From Flavobacteriaceae bacterium (GTDB lineage: Bacteria; Bacteroidota; Bacteroidia; Flavobacteriales; Flavobacteriaceae): 64,000 nucleotides of DNA. The translations under genes and the position numbers were made by a program. The stretch covers positions 79,044 to 143,043 of the forward strand of contig CANGWK010000001.1 of assembly GCA_947457615.1 (NCBI GenBank), read 5' to 3'. Position 1 is the stretch's first letter. Each line of letters starts with the position of its first letter. This document shows positions 46,058 to 56,832 of the stretch, one piece after another. Below the pieces are notes generated by a model. It worked only from the letters and a program-made list of their open reading frames with translations, was not told the DNA's origin and made no database searches.

Positions 46058-48529
46058 ATGGCAAAAACAACAAAAAACGTAAATTCCAAATCAGATCTTC
46101 CGGAAGAAAAACTTCCTTGGAAAATAAAAAGACAATATAAAGTTATTTTTGGATTTTTATTAATTCTTATATCTATTGGATTATCCGTAGCGTTCATTTC
46201 TTCCTTTATTTATGGTTATGATGACCAAAGTAATTTTGATAATTTTCCTACTAGGAATGCCGAATCAGGGAATTGGGCTGGCCAAATTGGGAGTTATTTA
46301 TCTCAATTTTTTATTCATAATGGTTTTGGAATTGCATCTTTTATTTTTGTTAAGATTTTTTTCTTAACCGGAATATATTTGGTAATTGGTTTACCCTTAA
46401 AAAAATTAAAAACAATTTGGTTTTGGGATTTATACGTTTTACTATTTGTTTCAATTTTTCTTGGTTTTTTTGCTAACATTGCTCCAGATTTTGGAGGAAT
46501 TTTAGGATTTGAATTAAATGATTTCCTCAGAATTTTTGTAGGAAATATTGGTACCGTTTTATTATTATTATTTGGGCTCCTAATTTATTTGTTTTTCAAA
46601 GTCAAAATTTCTCCAGATGGAATTAAGACTTTTTTTGAAAATAGGAAAAAACAAATAAATGAAGATTTGGCTCAAATGAGTTCTGCATCCTCTGTATCCT
46701 CTGCTTATAATCTAGAAGAATACGCTGTTGAAGATACTCATGAAGAATTAGAAGATCTTATTGAACAACCATATATTAAAACAGTATCTCAGTTTGAGTT
46801 AAATAAAGAAGAATTAAAACCAACTATCTCTAGTTATTCGGAAATTGAATTAGAACCTACATTAAAATCAGAGCCGAAAACCAATCCTGTAGGTCCGGAA
46901 TTACAAATTAACGAAATAGATGAAAAACCTGTTTCAGAGGAAGTATTTGTGATTGAAAAAGCAGTGGAAGAAGATATTGTAGAAGAAAATTTGGCCTCTA
47001 GATTAGTTGCTGACTTTGGCTTATTTGACCCTACATTAGAACTTTCAAATTATAAGTTTCCAACAATTGATTTATTAAAAGAATATTCATCGGTTGGAAT
47101 TACCATAAACCAAGCCGAATTAGAAGAAAATAAAAATAATATTGTAGAAACACTTCGGAATTATAAAATTGAAATTGCACAAATTAAAGCAACCGTTGGT
47201 CCGTCTGTAACACTTTATGAAATTGTTCCAGAAGCGGGAATTCGTATTTCTAAAATTAAAAGTTTAGAGGATGATATTGCACTTTCATTAGCAGCGTTAG
47301 GTATTCGTATTATAGCTCCAATTCCAGGCAAAGGTACAATTGGTATTGAGGTTCCTAATAAGAATCCAACCATGGTTCCAATGAAAACAGTTATTGGTTC
47401 AGCAAAATTTCAAGAAGCTGAAATGGAATTACCTATTGCATTAGGAAAAACTATTTCTAACGAAACCTTTGTTGTCGATTTAGCTAAAATGCCACACCTA
47501 CTTATGGCAGGTGCTACCGGACAAGGAAAATCAGTAGGTTTAAATGCTGTTTTAACTTCGTTATTATACAAAAAACATCCAGCAGAAGTGAAGTTTGTTT
47601 TGGTAGATCCAAAGAAAGTAGAATTGACACTTTTCAATAAAATTGAAAGACATTATCTAGCCAAACTTCCAGATTCAGAAGACGCTATAATAACCGATAA
47701 TAGCAAGGTAATCAATACTTTAAATTCCCTTTGTATCGAAATGGATAACCGTTATTCTTTATTAAAAGATGCAATGGTTCGTAACATTAAAGAATATAAT
47801 GATAAATTTAAATCAAGAAAATTAAACCCTGAAAACGGACATCGTTTCTTACCCTACATAGTTTTAGTTGTTGATGAATTTGCCGATCTAATTATGACTG
47901 CTGGAAAAGAAGTAGAAACCCCAATTGCACGTTTAGCGCAACTTGCACGTGCTATTGGTATTCACTTAATTATTGCAACCCAAAGACCATCAGTAAATGT
48001 TATTACGGGTATGATTAAGGCCAACTTTCCGGCTAGAATTGCTTTTAGAGTAACTTCTAAAATTGATTCAAGAACCATTTTGGATACCGGAGGTGCTGAT
48101 CAATTAATTGGTAGAGGTGATATGCTATATACAAATGGAAATGATTTAGTTAGGGTTCAATGTGCTTTTGTAGATACTCCCGAAGTAGAAAAAATTGTAG
48201 ATTATATAGGTTCTCAAAAAGCGTATGCTACTGCTTACTTACTTCCCGAATATATTGGAGAAGAGGGTAACCTAAAATTAGAGATTGATATTTCAGAGAG
48301 AGACAATATGTTTAGAGAAGCTGCAGAAATAATTGTAACAGCCCAACAAGGTTCGGCATCATTATTGCAAAGAAAGTTAAAACTAGGATATAACCGCGCC
48401 GGAAGACTTATTGATCAGTTGGAAGCAGCAGGGATAGTAGGTCCTTTTGAAGGTAGCAAAGCCAGAAGTGTAAACATATCCGATTTAGTTGCTCTAGATC
48501 AGTTTTTAAACGACGAAAAAAATGAATAA
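46058..48529 (+). CDS. ftsK: DNA translocase FtsK
   Basis: 4-TM N-terminus, PHLLMAGATGQGKS, VDEFADL, ATQRPS, gamma domain LQRKLKLGYNRAGR. Confidence 0.97.
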   Translation: MAKTTKNVNSKSDLPEEKLPWKIKRQYKVIFGFLLILISIGLSVAFISSFIYGYDDQSNFDNFPTRNAESGNWAGQIGSYLSQFFIHNGFGIASFIFVKIFFLTGIYLVIGLPLKKLKTIWFWDLYVLLFVSIFLGFFANIAPDFGGILGFELNDFLRIFVGNIGTVLLLLFGLLIYLFFKVKISPDGIKTFFENRKKQINEDLAQMSSASSVSSAYNLEEYAVEDTHEELEDLIEQPYIKTVSQFELNKEELKPTISSYSEIELEPTLKSEPKTNPVGPELQINEIDEKPVSEEVFVIEKAVEEDIVEENLASRLVADFGLFDPTLELSNYKFPTIDLLKEYSSVGITINQAELEENKNNIVETLRNYKIEIAQIKATVGPSVTLYEIVPEAGIRISKIKSLEDDIALSLAALGIRIIAPIPGKGTIGIEVPNKNPTMVPMKTVIGSAKFQEAEMELPIALGKTISNETFVVDLAKMPHLLMAGATGQGKSVGLNAVLTSLLYKKHPAEVKFVLVDPKKVELTLFNKIERHYLAKLPDSEDAIITDNSKVINTLNSLCIEMDNRYSLLKDAMVRNIKEYNDKFKSRKLNPENGHRFLPYIVLVVDEFADLIMTAGKEVETPIARLAQLARAIGIHLIIATQRPSVNVITGMIKANFPARIAFRVTSKIDSRTILDTGGADQLIGRGDMLYTNGNDLVRVQCAFVDTPEVEKIVDYIGSQKAYATAYLLPEYIGEEGNLKLEIDISERDNMFREAAEIIVTAQQGSASLLQRKLKLGYNRAGRLIDQLEAAGIVGPFEGSKARSVNISDLVALDQFLNDEKNE

Positions 48530-49178
48530 TAAAATGAATAAATTTTTAACTTTAGCAATACTTATTTTAGCTTTTAGTTTGAATATTAGTGCACAAGACA
48601 AAAAAGCCAAAGCTTTATTAAATGAAGTAACGGCTAAGATTAAAAGTTATGATAACGTTGTTATTGATTTCAAATATTCTTTAAATAATTCAAAAGAAAA
48701 TATAAATCAAAATAGTAAAGGAAATGTTACCCTTCAAGGAAATAAGTATGTATTAAACTTTATGGGGGTTTCCAAAATATTTGATGGAAAAAAAACTTAC
48801 ACTATTGTCCCAGAAGATGAAGAAGTAACTGTTTCCAATCTTAATGATAGTGATGAAAAAGCGATAACCCCATCTAAAATGTTGACTTTTTTTAATACTG
48901 GATATAAATTTACTTGGGATATAAATCAGAACATTAATGGACGTAAAATTCAATACATTAAATTGACTCCTAACAACACAAAAGACCAGCGCAAAGAAAT
49001 ACTTCTAGGAATTGATATTCAAACTAAAACCATTAGTAACCTTATTGAAATAGGGAAAAATGGAACAAAAACAACACTTACTGTTAATTCTTTCAAAACC
49101 AATCAACCGTTATCAAAAAATCAATTTACATTTGTAGCAAGTAAATATCCTAACTACTACATAAATAAATTAGATTAG
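48522..49178 (+). CDS. lolA: Outer membrane lipoprotein carrier LolA family
   Basis: Signal peptide; FDGKKTYTIVPEDEEVTV; follows ftsK as in many bacteria. Confidence 0.8.
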   Translation: MNNKMNKFLTLAILILAFSLNISAQDKKAKALLNEVTAKIKSYDNVVIDFKYSLNNSKENINQNSKGNVTLQGNKYVLNFMGVSKIFDGKKTYTIVPEDEEVTVSNLNDSDEKAITPSKMLTFFNTGYKFTWDINQNINGRKIQYIKLTPNNTKDQRKEILLGIDIQTKTISNLIEIGKNGTKTTLTVNSFKTNQPLSKNQFTFVASKYPNYYINKLD

Positions 49179-49183
49179 TCTTT

Positions 49184-51016
49184 GTGAAAATATTAGATAA
49201 GTATTTATTAAAAAGCTTCTTGATTACATTTACCACGGTATTTGTAATCTTATTTTTTATATTCATACTTCAAACTGTTTGGTTATTTATTTCTGAATTA
49301 ACAGGAAAAGGATTAGATCTGATTATGATCCTGAATTTTTTGCTTCTTGCAATGCCTAGATTATTTCCGTTAGTCCTTCCTTTATCTGTATTACTTGCTT
49401 CAATAATGACTTTCGGAAGTTTATCTGAAAATTATGAATTTGCAGCGATGAAATCTTCCGGAATTTCTTTTCAAAGAACCCTAAGAAGCACTACTTTATT
49501 TATAGTTCTTCTTAGCATAATTTCCTTTTTATTCGCTAACAATGTAATTCCGTATGCAGAATATAAATTCATTAATTTTCGTAGAAATATTGCTCAAGTA
49601 AAACCGGCAATGGCTATATCTGAAGGACAATTTAGTGAAGTAGGAAATTATACAATTAAAGTTGATAAAAAATCAGGCGAAAAAGGAAACTATTTAACTG
49701 GTGTAACCATCCATAAAAAGATGGATAATGGTGAGGGAAACACCACCGTAATTAAAGCCGAAAAAGGAGAATTAGTTAGTAGTGAATCATCCAATACACT
49801 TAAATTAGTTCTTACCAATGGAAACTATTACGAAGACATAATTCCCAGTGATTATGGAGAACGAAATAAAATTCCTTTTGCTAAAGGAAGTTTTAAAAGA
49901 GATGTTATAAATATTGACTTATCCAAACTAAATCAGTCTAGTATGAATAATGTGAATAATTCAAAAAATACTGGAATGTTTAACGTTAATGAATTACAAT
50001 TTACAATAGATTCTCTAAATAAAAATTACAAAAAAGATATTATATCTTTTACTGAAAATATTTATTTGAGATCAAGTATTGCTTCTAATTTTTATTTTCA
50101 ACCTGCAACACTAAAATTAAAAAAAATTACAGATACCGATTTCTTAAAGAAACTTCCACTAATGGAGAAACAAGAAATCTACAAAATTGCGATCAATACT
50201 ATTGAAAACACTATTTTTTCAATAAGTTCTTCTCAATTAGAAATGGAGTCCAAACAAAAAAACATAAACGAACATTGGGTAGATTTTTATGATAAATTCA
50301 TGATTGCATTTTCTTGTTTACTAATGTTTTTTATTGGAGCGCCTTTAGGGTCTATAATTCGAAAAGGCGGAATTGGAATGCCAATTGTATTTGCAGTTTC
50401 AATTTTTATTATTTTTCACTTTATTAATTCATTTGGAAAAAGAGTTGCTCAAGAAAATGGAATGTCGGCATTTATGGGAGTTTGGATGTCCACTATGCTC
50501 TTAACACCATTAGCTATTTTATTAACTTATAGAGCAATAAACGACATTGGAGGAATGTTTAGTTTTGATGTAATTCTCGATCCTTTAAAAAACACAATAG
50601 TTTTCCAAAAAATTAAACTTATTTCAGATCGTTTTGCTCAGAAAGAAAACATAAATATTGAAAATAAAGGAATTTTAATTGAAAAAGAATTTATTTATCC
50701 TCAAGAATTAATCGAAAATTATCATAATACAAATAAAATCCCACTTGTCTTATATAGTATTTTATTGCCGTTATCATTAATTCTAATAAAATTCAACAAT
50801 CAAATAGTTTTAATAATTGGAGTACTATTACTTATTCTCTTTTTATACTTTATTTATAATGGACAAAAAAAACTAGAAGAAATTGAAATTAAAATACATA
50901 AAAAAATAGAACCAGGAATATTTATAACTCTAATGGTAGCGTTTCCATTTTACTTCATTTTGTATTTTCATACAAAGAGGGAACTTAACAAATTACAAAC
51001 TTTAAATAATAAATAA
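49184..51016 (+). CDS. lptF: LptF/LptG family permease
   Basis: ILDKYLLK, LPLSVLLAS, ENYEFAAMKSSGIS, GAPLGSIIRKGG; extra hydrophobic C-terminal tail. Confidence 0.85.
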   Translation: MKILDKYLLKSFLITFTTVFVILFFIFILQTVWLFISELTGKGLDLIMILNFLLLAMPRLFPLVLPLSVLLASIMTFGSLSENYEFAAMKSSGISFQRTLRSTTLFIVLLSIISFLFANNVIPYAEYKFINFRRNIAQVKPAMAISEGQFSEVGNYTIKVDKKSGEKGNYLTGVTIHKKMDNGEGNTTVIKAEKGELVSSESSNTLKLVLTNGNYYEDIIPSDYGERNKIPFAKGSFKRDVINIDLSKLNQSSMNNVNNSKNTGMFNVNELQFTIDSLNKNYKKDIISFTENIYLRSSIASNFYFQPATLKLKKITDTDFLKKLPLMEKQEIYKIAINTIENTIFSISSSQLEMESKQKNINEHWVDFYDKFMIAFSCLLMFFIGAPLGSIIRKGGIGMPIVFAVSIFIIFHFINSFGKRVAQENGMSAFMGVWMSTMLLTPLAILLTYRAINDIGGMFSFDVILDPLKNTIVFQKIKLISDRFAQKENINIENKGILIEKEFIYPQELIENYHNTNKIPLVLYSILLPLSLILIKFNNQIVLIIGVLLLILFLYFIYNGQKKLEEIEIKIHKKIEPGIFITLMVAFPFYFILYFHTKRELNKLQTLNNK

Positions 51017-51021
51017 TAAAA

Positions 51022-52152
51022 ATGTCAAAATCCATTCAACTCAATACCATTGAAGAGGCAATAGAAGACATCCGTCAAGGAAAAGTTATCATTGTTGTGG
51101 ATGATGAGGATAGAGAAAATGAAGGCGATTTTTTGGCTGCAGCCGAAAAAGTAACTCCCGAAATGATCAACTTTATGGCCACCCACGGCAGAGGATTAAT
51201 ATGTGCGCCTCTTACTGAAAGTCGTTGTAAAGAATTAGAACTTCACCCTATGGTAACCAATAATACAGATCACATGGAAACTGCTTTTACAGTTTCTATA
51301 GATTTAAAAGGTAATGGGGTAACAACGGGTATTTCTGCTTTAGATAGAGCAAAGACAATATTAGCATTAGTAGACCCATCTACAAAACCTCACGAATTAG
51401 CTCGACCTGGCCATATTTTCCCATTAGTTGCAAAACAAGGAGGTGTTTTAAGAAGAACTGGACATACAGAAGCAGCAATAGATTTTGCTAGACTTTCAGG
51501 ATTTAAATCGGCTGGAGTTATTGTTGAAATAATGAACGAAGATGGCACTATGGCAAGACTTCCAGAATTGTATGAAGTGGCGCAAAAATTCAATTTGAAA
51601 TTAGTTTCTATTGAAGATTTGGTGGCATACAGAATGCAACACGACAGTCTTATTGTTAAAAAGGAAGATTTTGAGGTGCAAACCCGTTTCGGAACTTTTA
51701 GATTGCGTGCTTACGAACAAACTACAAACAAACAAATTCACATTGCATTAACCAAAGGAACCTGGAATTTGGGAGAAACTGTTTTAACCAAAATAAATTC
51801 TACCCAAGTAAATAACGATTTGTTGGGAACTTTAACTAATAATGCCGACCAACAACTAGACGACATTTTTACTATCATCAACGAAAAAGGTAAAGGTGCC
51901 GTAATTTTCATCAACCAAGATATGCAATCGGTGAATTTATTAAATAGAATTACCGAACTAAAAACACTACAAGAAAATGGAATATTAAAAGCTCCAAAAA
52001 TAATTATCGACAGCAAAGATTTTGGTATTGGCGCGCAAATATTGCACGATTTAGATATTTCAAAAATACGATTAATATCTAATGCCAAACAAACCAAAAG
52101 AGTTGGAATGATAGGCTATGGCCTTGAAATAATAGAATACGTAAATTATTAA
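51022..52152 (+). CDS. ribB: DHBP synthase fused to a degenerate GTP cyclohydrolase II domain (RibBX-like)
   Basis: [23 protein letters not shown]. The C-terminal domain lacks RxH and the Zn-binding Cys residues. Confidence 0.9.
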   Translation: MSKSIQLNTIEEAIEDIRQGKVIIVVDDEDRENEGDFLAAAEKVTPEMINFMATHGRGLICAPLTESRCKELELHPMVTNNTDHMETAFTVSIDLKGNGVTTGISALDRAKTILALVDPSTKPHELARPGHIFPLVAKQGGVLRRTGHTEAAIDFARLSGFKSAGVIVEIMNEDGTMARLPELYEVAQKFNLKLVSIEDLVAYRMQHDSLIVKKEDFEVQTRFGTFRLRAYEQTTNKQIHIALTKGTWNLGETVLTKINSTQVNNDLLGTLTNNADQQLDDIFTIINEKGKGAVIFINQDMQSVNLLNRITELKTLQENGILKAPKIIIDSKDFGIGAQILHDLDISKIRLISNAKQTKRVGMIGYGLEIIEYVNY

Positions 52153-52176
52153 TTTGCTTTAATATTTAGCTAAAAA

Positions 52177-52208
52177 AAAACGGTCTGAAATAATTTTCAG
52201 ACCGTTTT
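52177..52208. terminator. Bidirectional terminator
   Basis: AAAACGGTCTGAAA-N4-TTTCAGACCGTTTT between convergent genes. Confidence 0.85.
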
Positions 52209-52214
52209 ATATTT

Positions 52215-52646
52215 TTATTGCATTGGACCCGCTTTTTTCTTTTCAAGCAAATTAACTTCTTGTTTCACAATAACTTCGCCCTTTATTTTCAGGGCAACCA
52301 TCCCTCCTTCTACATTTACTGCGTTAGTTTCAACAGTAATAGTTTTCCTAATCGGACCTGGATTCATATTGTATTTAACCGAAATCACTTCCGATTTTCC
52401 TGGTAAAATTTCACCCGTAGGTTTACTTGGAACCGTACAACCACATGTAGACTGTACATTTTTTATGATCAAAGGCTGATCACCAGTATTTGTAAACTCA
52501 AATTTTCTAATTCCATCATCAGAATCCTTAGAAACAGTGCCATAATCAATCGTATTATCCTTATCTTTGAATACAATCTTTGCCCCGCTTTGAGCAAAAA
52601 TAAAACTACTAGCTATTATAAAAGCAACAACGAATACATTTTTCAT
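52215..52646 (-). CDS. DUF1573 domain exported protein
   Basis: Signal peptide; FEFTNTGDQPLII..STCGCTVP..ILPG. Confidence 0.85.
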   Translation of the reverse strand: MKNVFVVAFIIASSFIFAQSGAKIVFKDKDNTIDYGTVSKDSDDGIRKFEFTNTGDQPLIIKNVQSTCGCTVPSKPTGEILPGKSEVISVKYNMNPGPIRKTITVETNAVNVEGGMVALKIKGEVIVKQEVNLLEKKKAGPMQ

Positions 52647-52956
52647 AAGTCTAAATTTTAAATATTTTACCCTAGTAAAAATAACACTTTAAATTAAAAA
52701 ATAAAATTTTAATTCTTAATTTTTTATAAATCTACTAATTACCTACTTTTGCAAGTGTATACAAAAAATATACCAAAATTAATTTTAGTGGTTTCAATAG
52801 ATTCAGGAGCGAATGGCTCGGGCTTTACCTGTAAACTATTTTCCTGCTATCCGCTACAATACTTGCAAAAAAGCAAGTATTTTTGCTACTATCAGGGCTA
52901 AAGGATAAAATTAGTTACTTTTTGTACAAAATAACATACAACACATAAAAGAGAAG

Positions 52957-55590
52957 ATGTCATTACCTGCACAATTTAATTCCAAAGAAGTAGAACAAAA
53001 ATGGTACGATTACTGGATGAAAAACGATTATTTCACCTCTAAGCCTGACCATAGAACCCCTTACACCATTGTGATTCCGCCGCCAAACGTTACCGGAGTA
53101 TTGCACATGGGGCACATGCTAAACAATACCATCCAAGATGTATTAATACGTCGTGCACGTTTAAAAGGATTCAATGCTTGTTGGGTACCAGGAACCGACC
53201 ATGCCTCTATTGCAACAGAAGCTAAAGTAGTTGCAAAACTAAAAAGCGAGGGTATCAACAAAAACGATTTAACTCGCGACGAATTCCTAAAACACGCTTG
53301 GGATTGGACAAATAAATACGGAGGAACCATCCTAGAACAACTTAAACAATTAGGATGCTCTTGCGATTGGAGCCGAACCAAATTCACCATGGATTCCGAC
53401 ATGTCAGAATCTGTAATCCATTCATTTGTAGATTTGTACAACAAAGGATTAATCTATCGTGGTTACCGAATGGTAAACTGGGATCCCGAAGCCAAAACTA
53501 CACTATCCGACGAAGAAGTAATATTTGAAGAACGCCAAGGAAAATTATATTTTATAAAATATAAAATAGAAGGATCCGAAGATTTCTTGACAGTAGCAAC
53601 CACAAGACCTGAAACTATTTTTGGGGATTCTGCTATTTGTATCAACCCGAACGACGAGCGTTTCACTCATATAAAAGGAAAGAAAGCAATCGTACCTATT
53701 TGCGGACGCATAATTCCAATTATTGAAGACGAATATGTAGATATTGAATTCGGGACAGGATGTTTAAAAGTTACTCCTGCTCACGATATGAACGATAAAA
53801 CTTTAGGAGAAAAGCACCAACTGGAAATCATTGATATTTTCAATGAAGATGCATCCCTAAATTCTTTTGGAATGCAGTACCAAGGGAAAGATCGTTTTGT
53901 AGTTCGTGACGAAATTGCAATCGAACTAGAAACTATCGGAGCATTAGCCAAAACCGAAATCCATTTAAATAAAGTTGGAACTTCCGAAAGAACCAAAGCA
54001 GTTATTGAACCACGCTTGTCTGACCAATGGTTTTTAAGCATGGAAGAATTGGTAAAACCAGCCATCAAAGCAGTATTGGAAACTCAAGAAGTGAAATTAT
54101 ACCCAAGCCGATTTAACAACACCTACAAACATTGGTTAGAAAACATTCGGGATTGGAACATCTCCCGCCAATTATGGTGGGGACAACAAATTCCTGCTTA
54201 TTTTTATGGTGATGGAAAGGAAGATTTTGTGGTTGCTGAAAATATTGAGAAAGCATTAGAACTTGCCAAACAAAAAACTTCTAACTCCCAACTTACAACT
54301 GAAAATTTAAAACAAGACATAGACGCTTTAGATACTTGGTTCTCTTCCTGGCTTTGGCCAATGGCTGTTTTTGGTGGAATTACGAATCCAGAAAACGAAG
54401 ATTTTAAATACTATTATCCAACCAACGATTTAGTAACAGGTCCGGATATCTTATTCTTTTGGGTAGCCCGTATGATTATTGCTGGATACGAATATGCAGG
54501 TGAAAAACCATTTACTAATGTTTATTTAACTGGATTAGTTCGTGATAAACAACGTCGTAAGATGTCTAAATCTTTAGGAAATTCTCCTGAACCATTAGAA
54601 TTAATTGAAAAATTTGGTGCCGATGGCGTTAGGGTTGGTTTGCTTTTAAGCGCTTCTGCAGGAAACGACATTATGTTTGACGAGGAATTATGTAACCAAG
54701 GAAAAGCCTTTACAAATAAGATTTGGAATGCTTTCAAATTAATTAAAGGCTGGGAGGTTTCAGATGCAATTCCACAACCAGAATCCTCTAAAGTAGCTAT
54801 TGAATGGTACGAAACTAAATTACAAAGAACTCTAACAGAGATTGAAGAAAATTTTGATAAATATAGAATTTCCGATGCTTTAATGGCAATTTATAAACTT
54901 GTTTGGGACGACTTTTGTTCGTGGTTTTTAGAAATGATTAAACCAGCTTACCAACAGCCTATTGACAAGGTTACATTTGAAAAAGCAATTGAAATGTTGG
55001 AAAATAATTTAAAATTATTACATCCGTTCATGCCGTTCTTAACTGAAGAAATTTGGCAACATATTACTGAAAGAACTGCAGAACAAGCATTAATAGTTTC
55101 CGAATGGCCAAAAGCAAAGAGCTATGATGAAAAACTAATTTCCGATTTCGATTTTACAATTGAAGTGATTTCAGGAATTAGGACAATTCGTAAAGACAAA
55201 AACATTCCATTTAAAGATACTTTGGAATTAAGATTGGTAAACAACGAAAATGCTAGTACTTATTTTGACTCTGTCATTTCTAAATTAGGAAATATTACTT
55301 CATTAAAATATGTATCCGAAAAGGTGGATGGGGCTTTATCGTATAGAGTAAAATCTAATGAATATTTTATACCAATAATTGGAAACATTGACGTTGAAGC
55401 AGAAATTGAAAAACTAACAGAAGAGTTGATTTACACCAAAGGTTTTTTGAAATCTGTAGAAGCAAAATTATCTAACGAAAAATTTATTGCTGGAGCTCCA
55501 GAAAAAGTACTAGAAATGGAACGCAAAAAACAAGCAGATTCTTTAGCTAAAATTGCAACAATTGAACAAAGTATTGCAGGGTTAAAATAA
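52957..55590 (+). CDS. valS: Valine--tRNA ligase
   Basis: PPPNVTG.LHMGH, TTRPET, DWNISRQLWWG, KMSKS, C-terminal coiled coil. Confidence 0.98.
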   Translation: MSLPAQFNSKEVEQKWYDYWMKNDYFTSKPDHRTPYTIVIPPPNVTGVLHMGHMLNNTIQDVLIRRARLKGFNACWVPGTDHASIATEAKVVAKLKSEGINKNDLTRDEFLKHAWDWTNKYGGTILEQLKQLGCSCDWSRTKFTMDSDMSESVIHSFVDLYNKGLIYRGYRMVNWDPEAKTTLSDEEVIFEERQGKLYFIKYKIEGSEDFLTVATTRPETIFGDSAICINPNDERFTHIKGKKAIVPICGRIIPIIEDEYVDIEFGTGCLKVTPAHDMNDKTLGEKHQLEIIDIFNEDASLNSFGMQYQGKDRFVVRDEIAIELETIGALAKTEIHLNKVGTSERTKAVIEPRLSDQWFLSMEELVKPAIKAVLETQEVKLYPSRFNNTYKHWLENIRDWNISRQLWWGQQIPAYFYGDGKEDFVVAENIEKALELAKQKTSNSQLTTENLKQDIDALDTWFSSWLWPMAVFGGITNPENEDFKYYYPTNDLVTGPDILFFWVARMIIAGYEYAGEKPFTNVYLTGLVRDKQRRKMSKSLGNSPEPLELIEKFGADGVRVGLLLSASAGNDIMFDEELCNQGKAFTNKIWNAFKLIKGWEVSDAIPQPESSKVAIEWYETKLQRTLTEIEENFDKYRISDALMAIYKLVWDDFCSWFLEMIKPAYQQPIDKVTFEKAIEMLENNLKLLHPFMPFLTEEIWQHITERTAEQALIVSEWPKAKSYDEKLISDFDFTIEVISGIRTIRKDKNIPFKDTLELRLVNNENASTYFDSVISKLGNITSLKYVSEKVDGALSYRVKSNEYFIPIIGNIDVEAEIEKLTEELIYTKGFLKSVEAKLSNEKFIAGAPEKVLEMERKKQADSLAKIATIEQSIAGLK

Positions 55591-55610
55591 AATTATATAA
55601 TTTTTATATT

Positions 55611-55637
55611 AAGAGCATTGAGAAATCAATGCTTTTT
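55611..55637 (+). terminator. Terminator after valS
   Basis: AGCATTGA-N4-TCAATGCT followed by a T-run. Confidence 0.7.
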
Positions 55638-55751
55638 CTATTTATAACTCAATTCTTTTTAAAAATTATATGCACTTAAAAATTTTAGTCAAAAAATGCT
55701 ACAATCTAAAAACAATTCACTTAATTTGAATATTATAAACACCCAAATCTA

Positions 55752-56741
55752 ATGAACAATTATTCCATTGAAGACATCAATAGTATTGTAAAAGGTACTA
55801 TTGTTGGAAGAACAAATTATTCCATTACTGCTCCTGAGCAATTGGAATTAGCTAAAGAAACTGAAATTTCTTTTATAGGAAATAAAAAATATGAAAATTT
55901 TTGGCAAAATTCAAAAGCTTGCGCTGCAATTGTTAACGAAGATATATCTATAGAACCAGGTGAAAACAAGGTTTTTATAAAAGTAAAAAATGCCGATTTA
56001 GCAATGTCTTTAGTTTTAGAGATGTTTGCTCCTTCCCCACCACAATTTGCCTTTGATATTCATCCGACTGCTGTAGTCGATGCCACAGCAAAAATTGGAA
56101 CAGGAGCCAGAATTGGATCAAATGTTTATATTGGGCCAAATGTAATAATAGGTGAAAATGTAACAATTTATCCTAACGTAACCATTTTAGATGAATGTAC
56201 AATTGGCAAAAACACGATCATTTGGCCAGGAGCAGTAGTTCGTGAGCGTTGTCATGTTGGTGATTATTGCATTTTACATCCCAACTGTACTATTGGTGCC
56301 GATGGTTTCGGTTTCCGACCTTGTCCTGAAAGAGGATTGGTTAAGATTCCTCAAATTGGAAATGTAATACTAGGTAATAATGTAGAAATTGGAGCAAATT
56401 CCTCAGTAGATAGAGGTAAATTTAGTTCAACCATACTAGGAGATGGCTGCAAAATTGACAATCTAGTTCAAATAGGACACAATAGCATTCTAGGTAAATA
56501 TTGCATTATGGCAGGTAACAGTGGACTTGCTGGTTCCGTAAAACTTGGAAATGGTGTAATTATTGGCGGAAGTGCCTCTATTAAAGACCATTCAACTTTA
56601 GGCGATGGAGTTACAATTGGAGCAGGATCTGGGGTTACTGGAGATGTAGAAGCTGGAAAAACAATGCTTGGATATCCAGCAGTAGAGGCTCGAACTGCAT
56701 TAAAACAATGGGCATTATTAAAACGTATGGCAACACAATAA
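55752..56741 (+). CDS. lpxD: LpxD paralog (copy 2)
   Basis: N-terminal LpxD domain (ISFIGNKKY), [24 protein letters not shown], hexapeptide repeats. Confidence 0.85.
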   Translation: MNNYSIEDINSIVKGTIVGRTNYSITAPEQLELAKETEISFIGNKKYENFWQNSKACAAIVNEDISIEPGENKVFIKVKNADLAMSLVLEMFAPSPPQFAFDIHPTAVVDATAKIGTGARIGSNVYIGPNVIIGENVTIYPNVTILDECTIGKNTIIWPGAVVRERCHVGDYCILHPNCTIGADGFGFRPCPERGLVKIPQIGNVILGNNVEIGANSSVDRGKFSSTILGDGCKIDNLVQIGHNSILGKYCIMAGNSGLAGSVKLGNGVIIGGSASIKDHSTLGDGVTIGAGSGVTGDVEAGKTMLGYPAVEARTALKQWALLKRMATQ

Positions 56742-56796
56742 TAAAATCATTTCAGTCCATTAATTTAGGAAAAGTTAAGCTGCTTTGAACAGTCAT

Positions 56797-56832
56797 AAAA
56801 AAATGCACAGGAATTTTACTTCCTGTACATTT
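56797..56832 (-). terminator. Minus-strand intrinsic terminator with no annotated gene directly upstream
   Basis: Minus RNA AAAUGUACAGGAA-GUAAAA-UUCCUGUGCAUUUUUUU. The single irregular pair is a U-G wobble on the minus strand and a C-A mismatch on plus. Confidence 0.75.

Noticed and set aside
52744-52956. T-box riboswitch upstream of valS
   Set aside because: No T-box bulge consensus or Stem I motifs; the leader is short and T-boxes are not typical of Bacteroidota.
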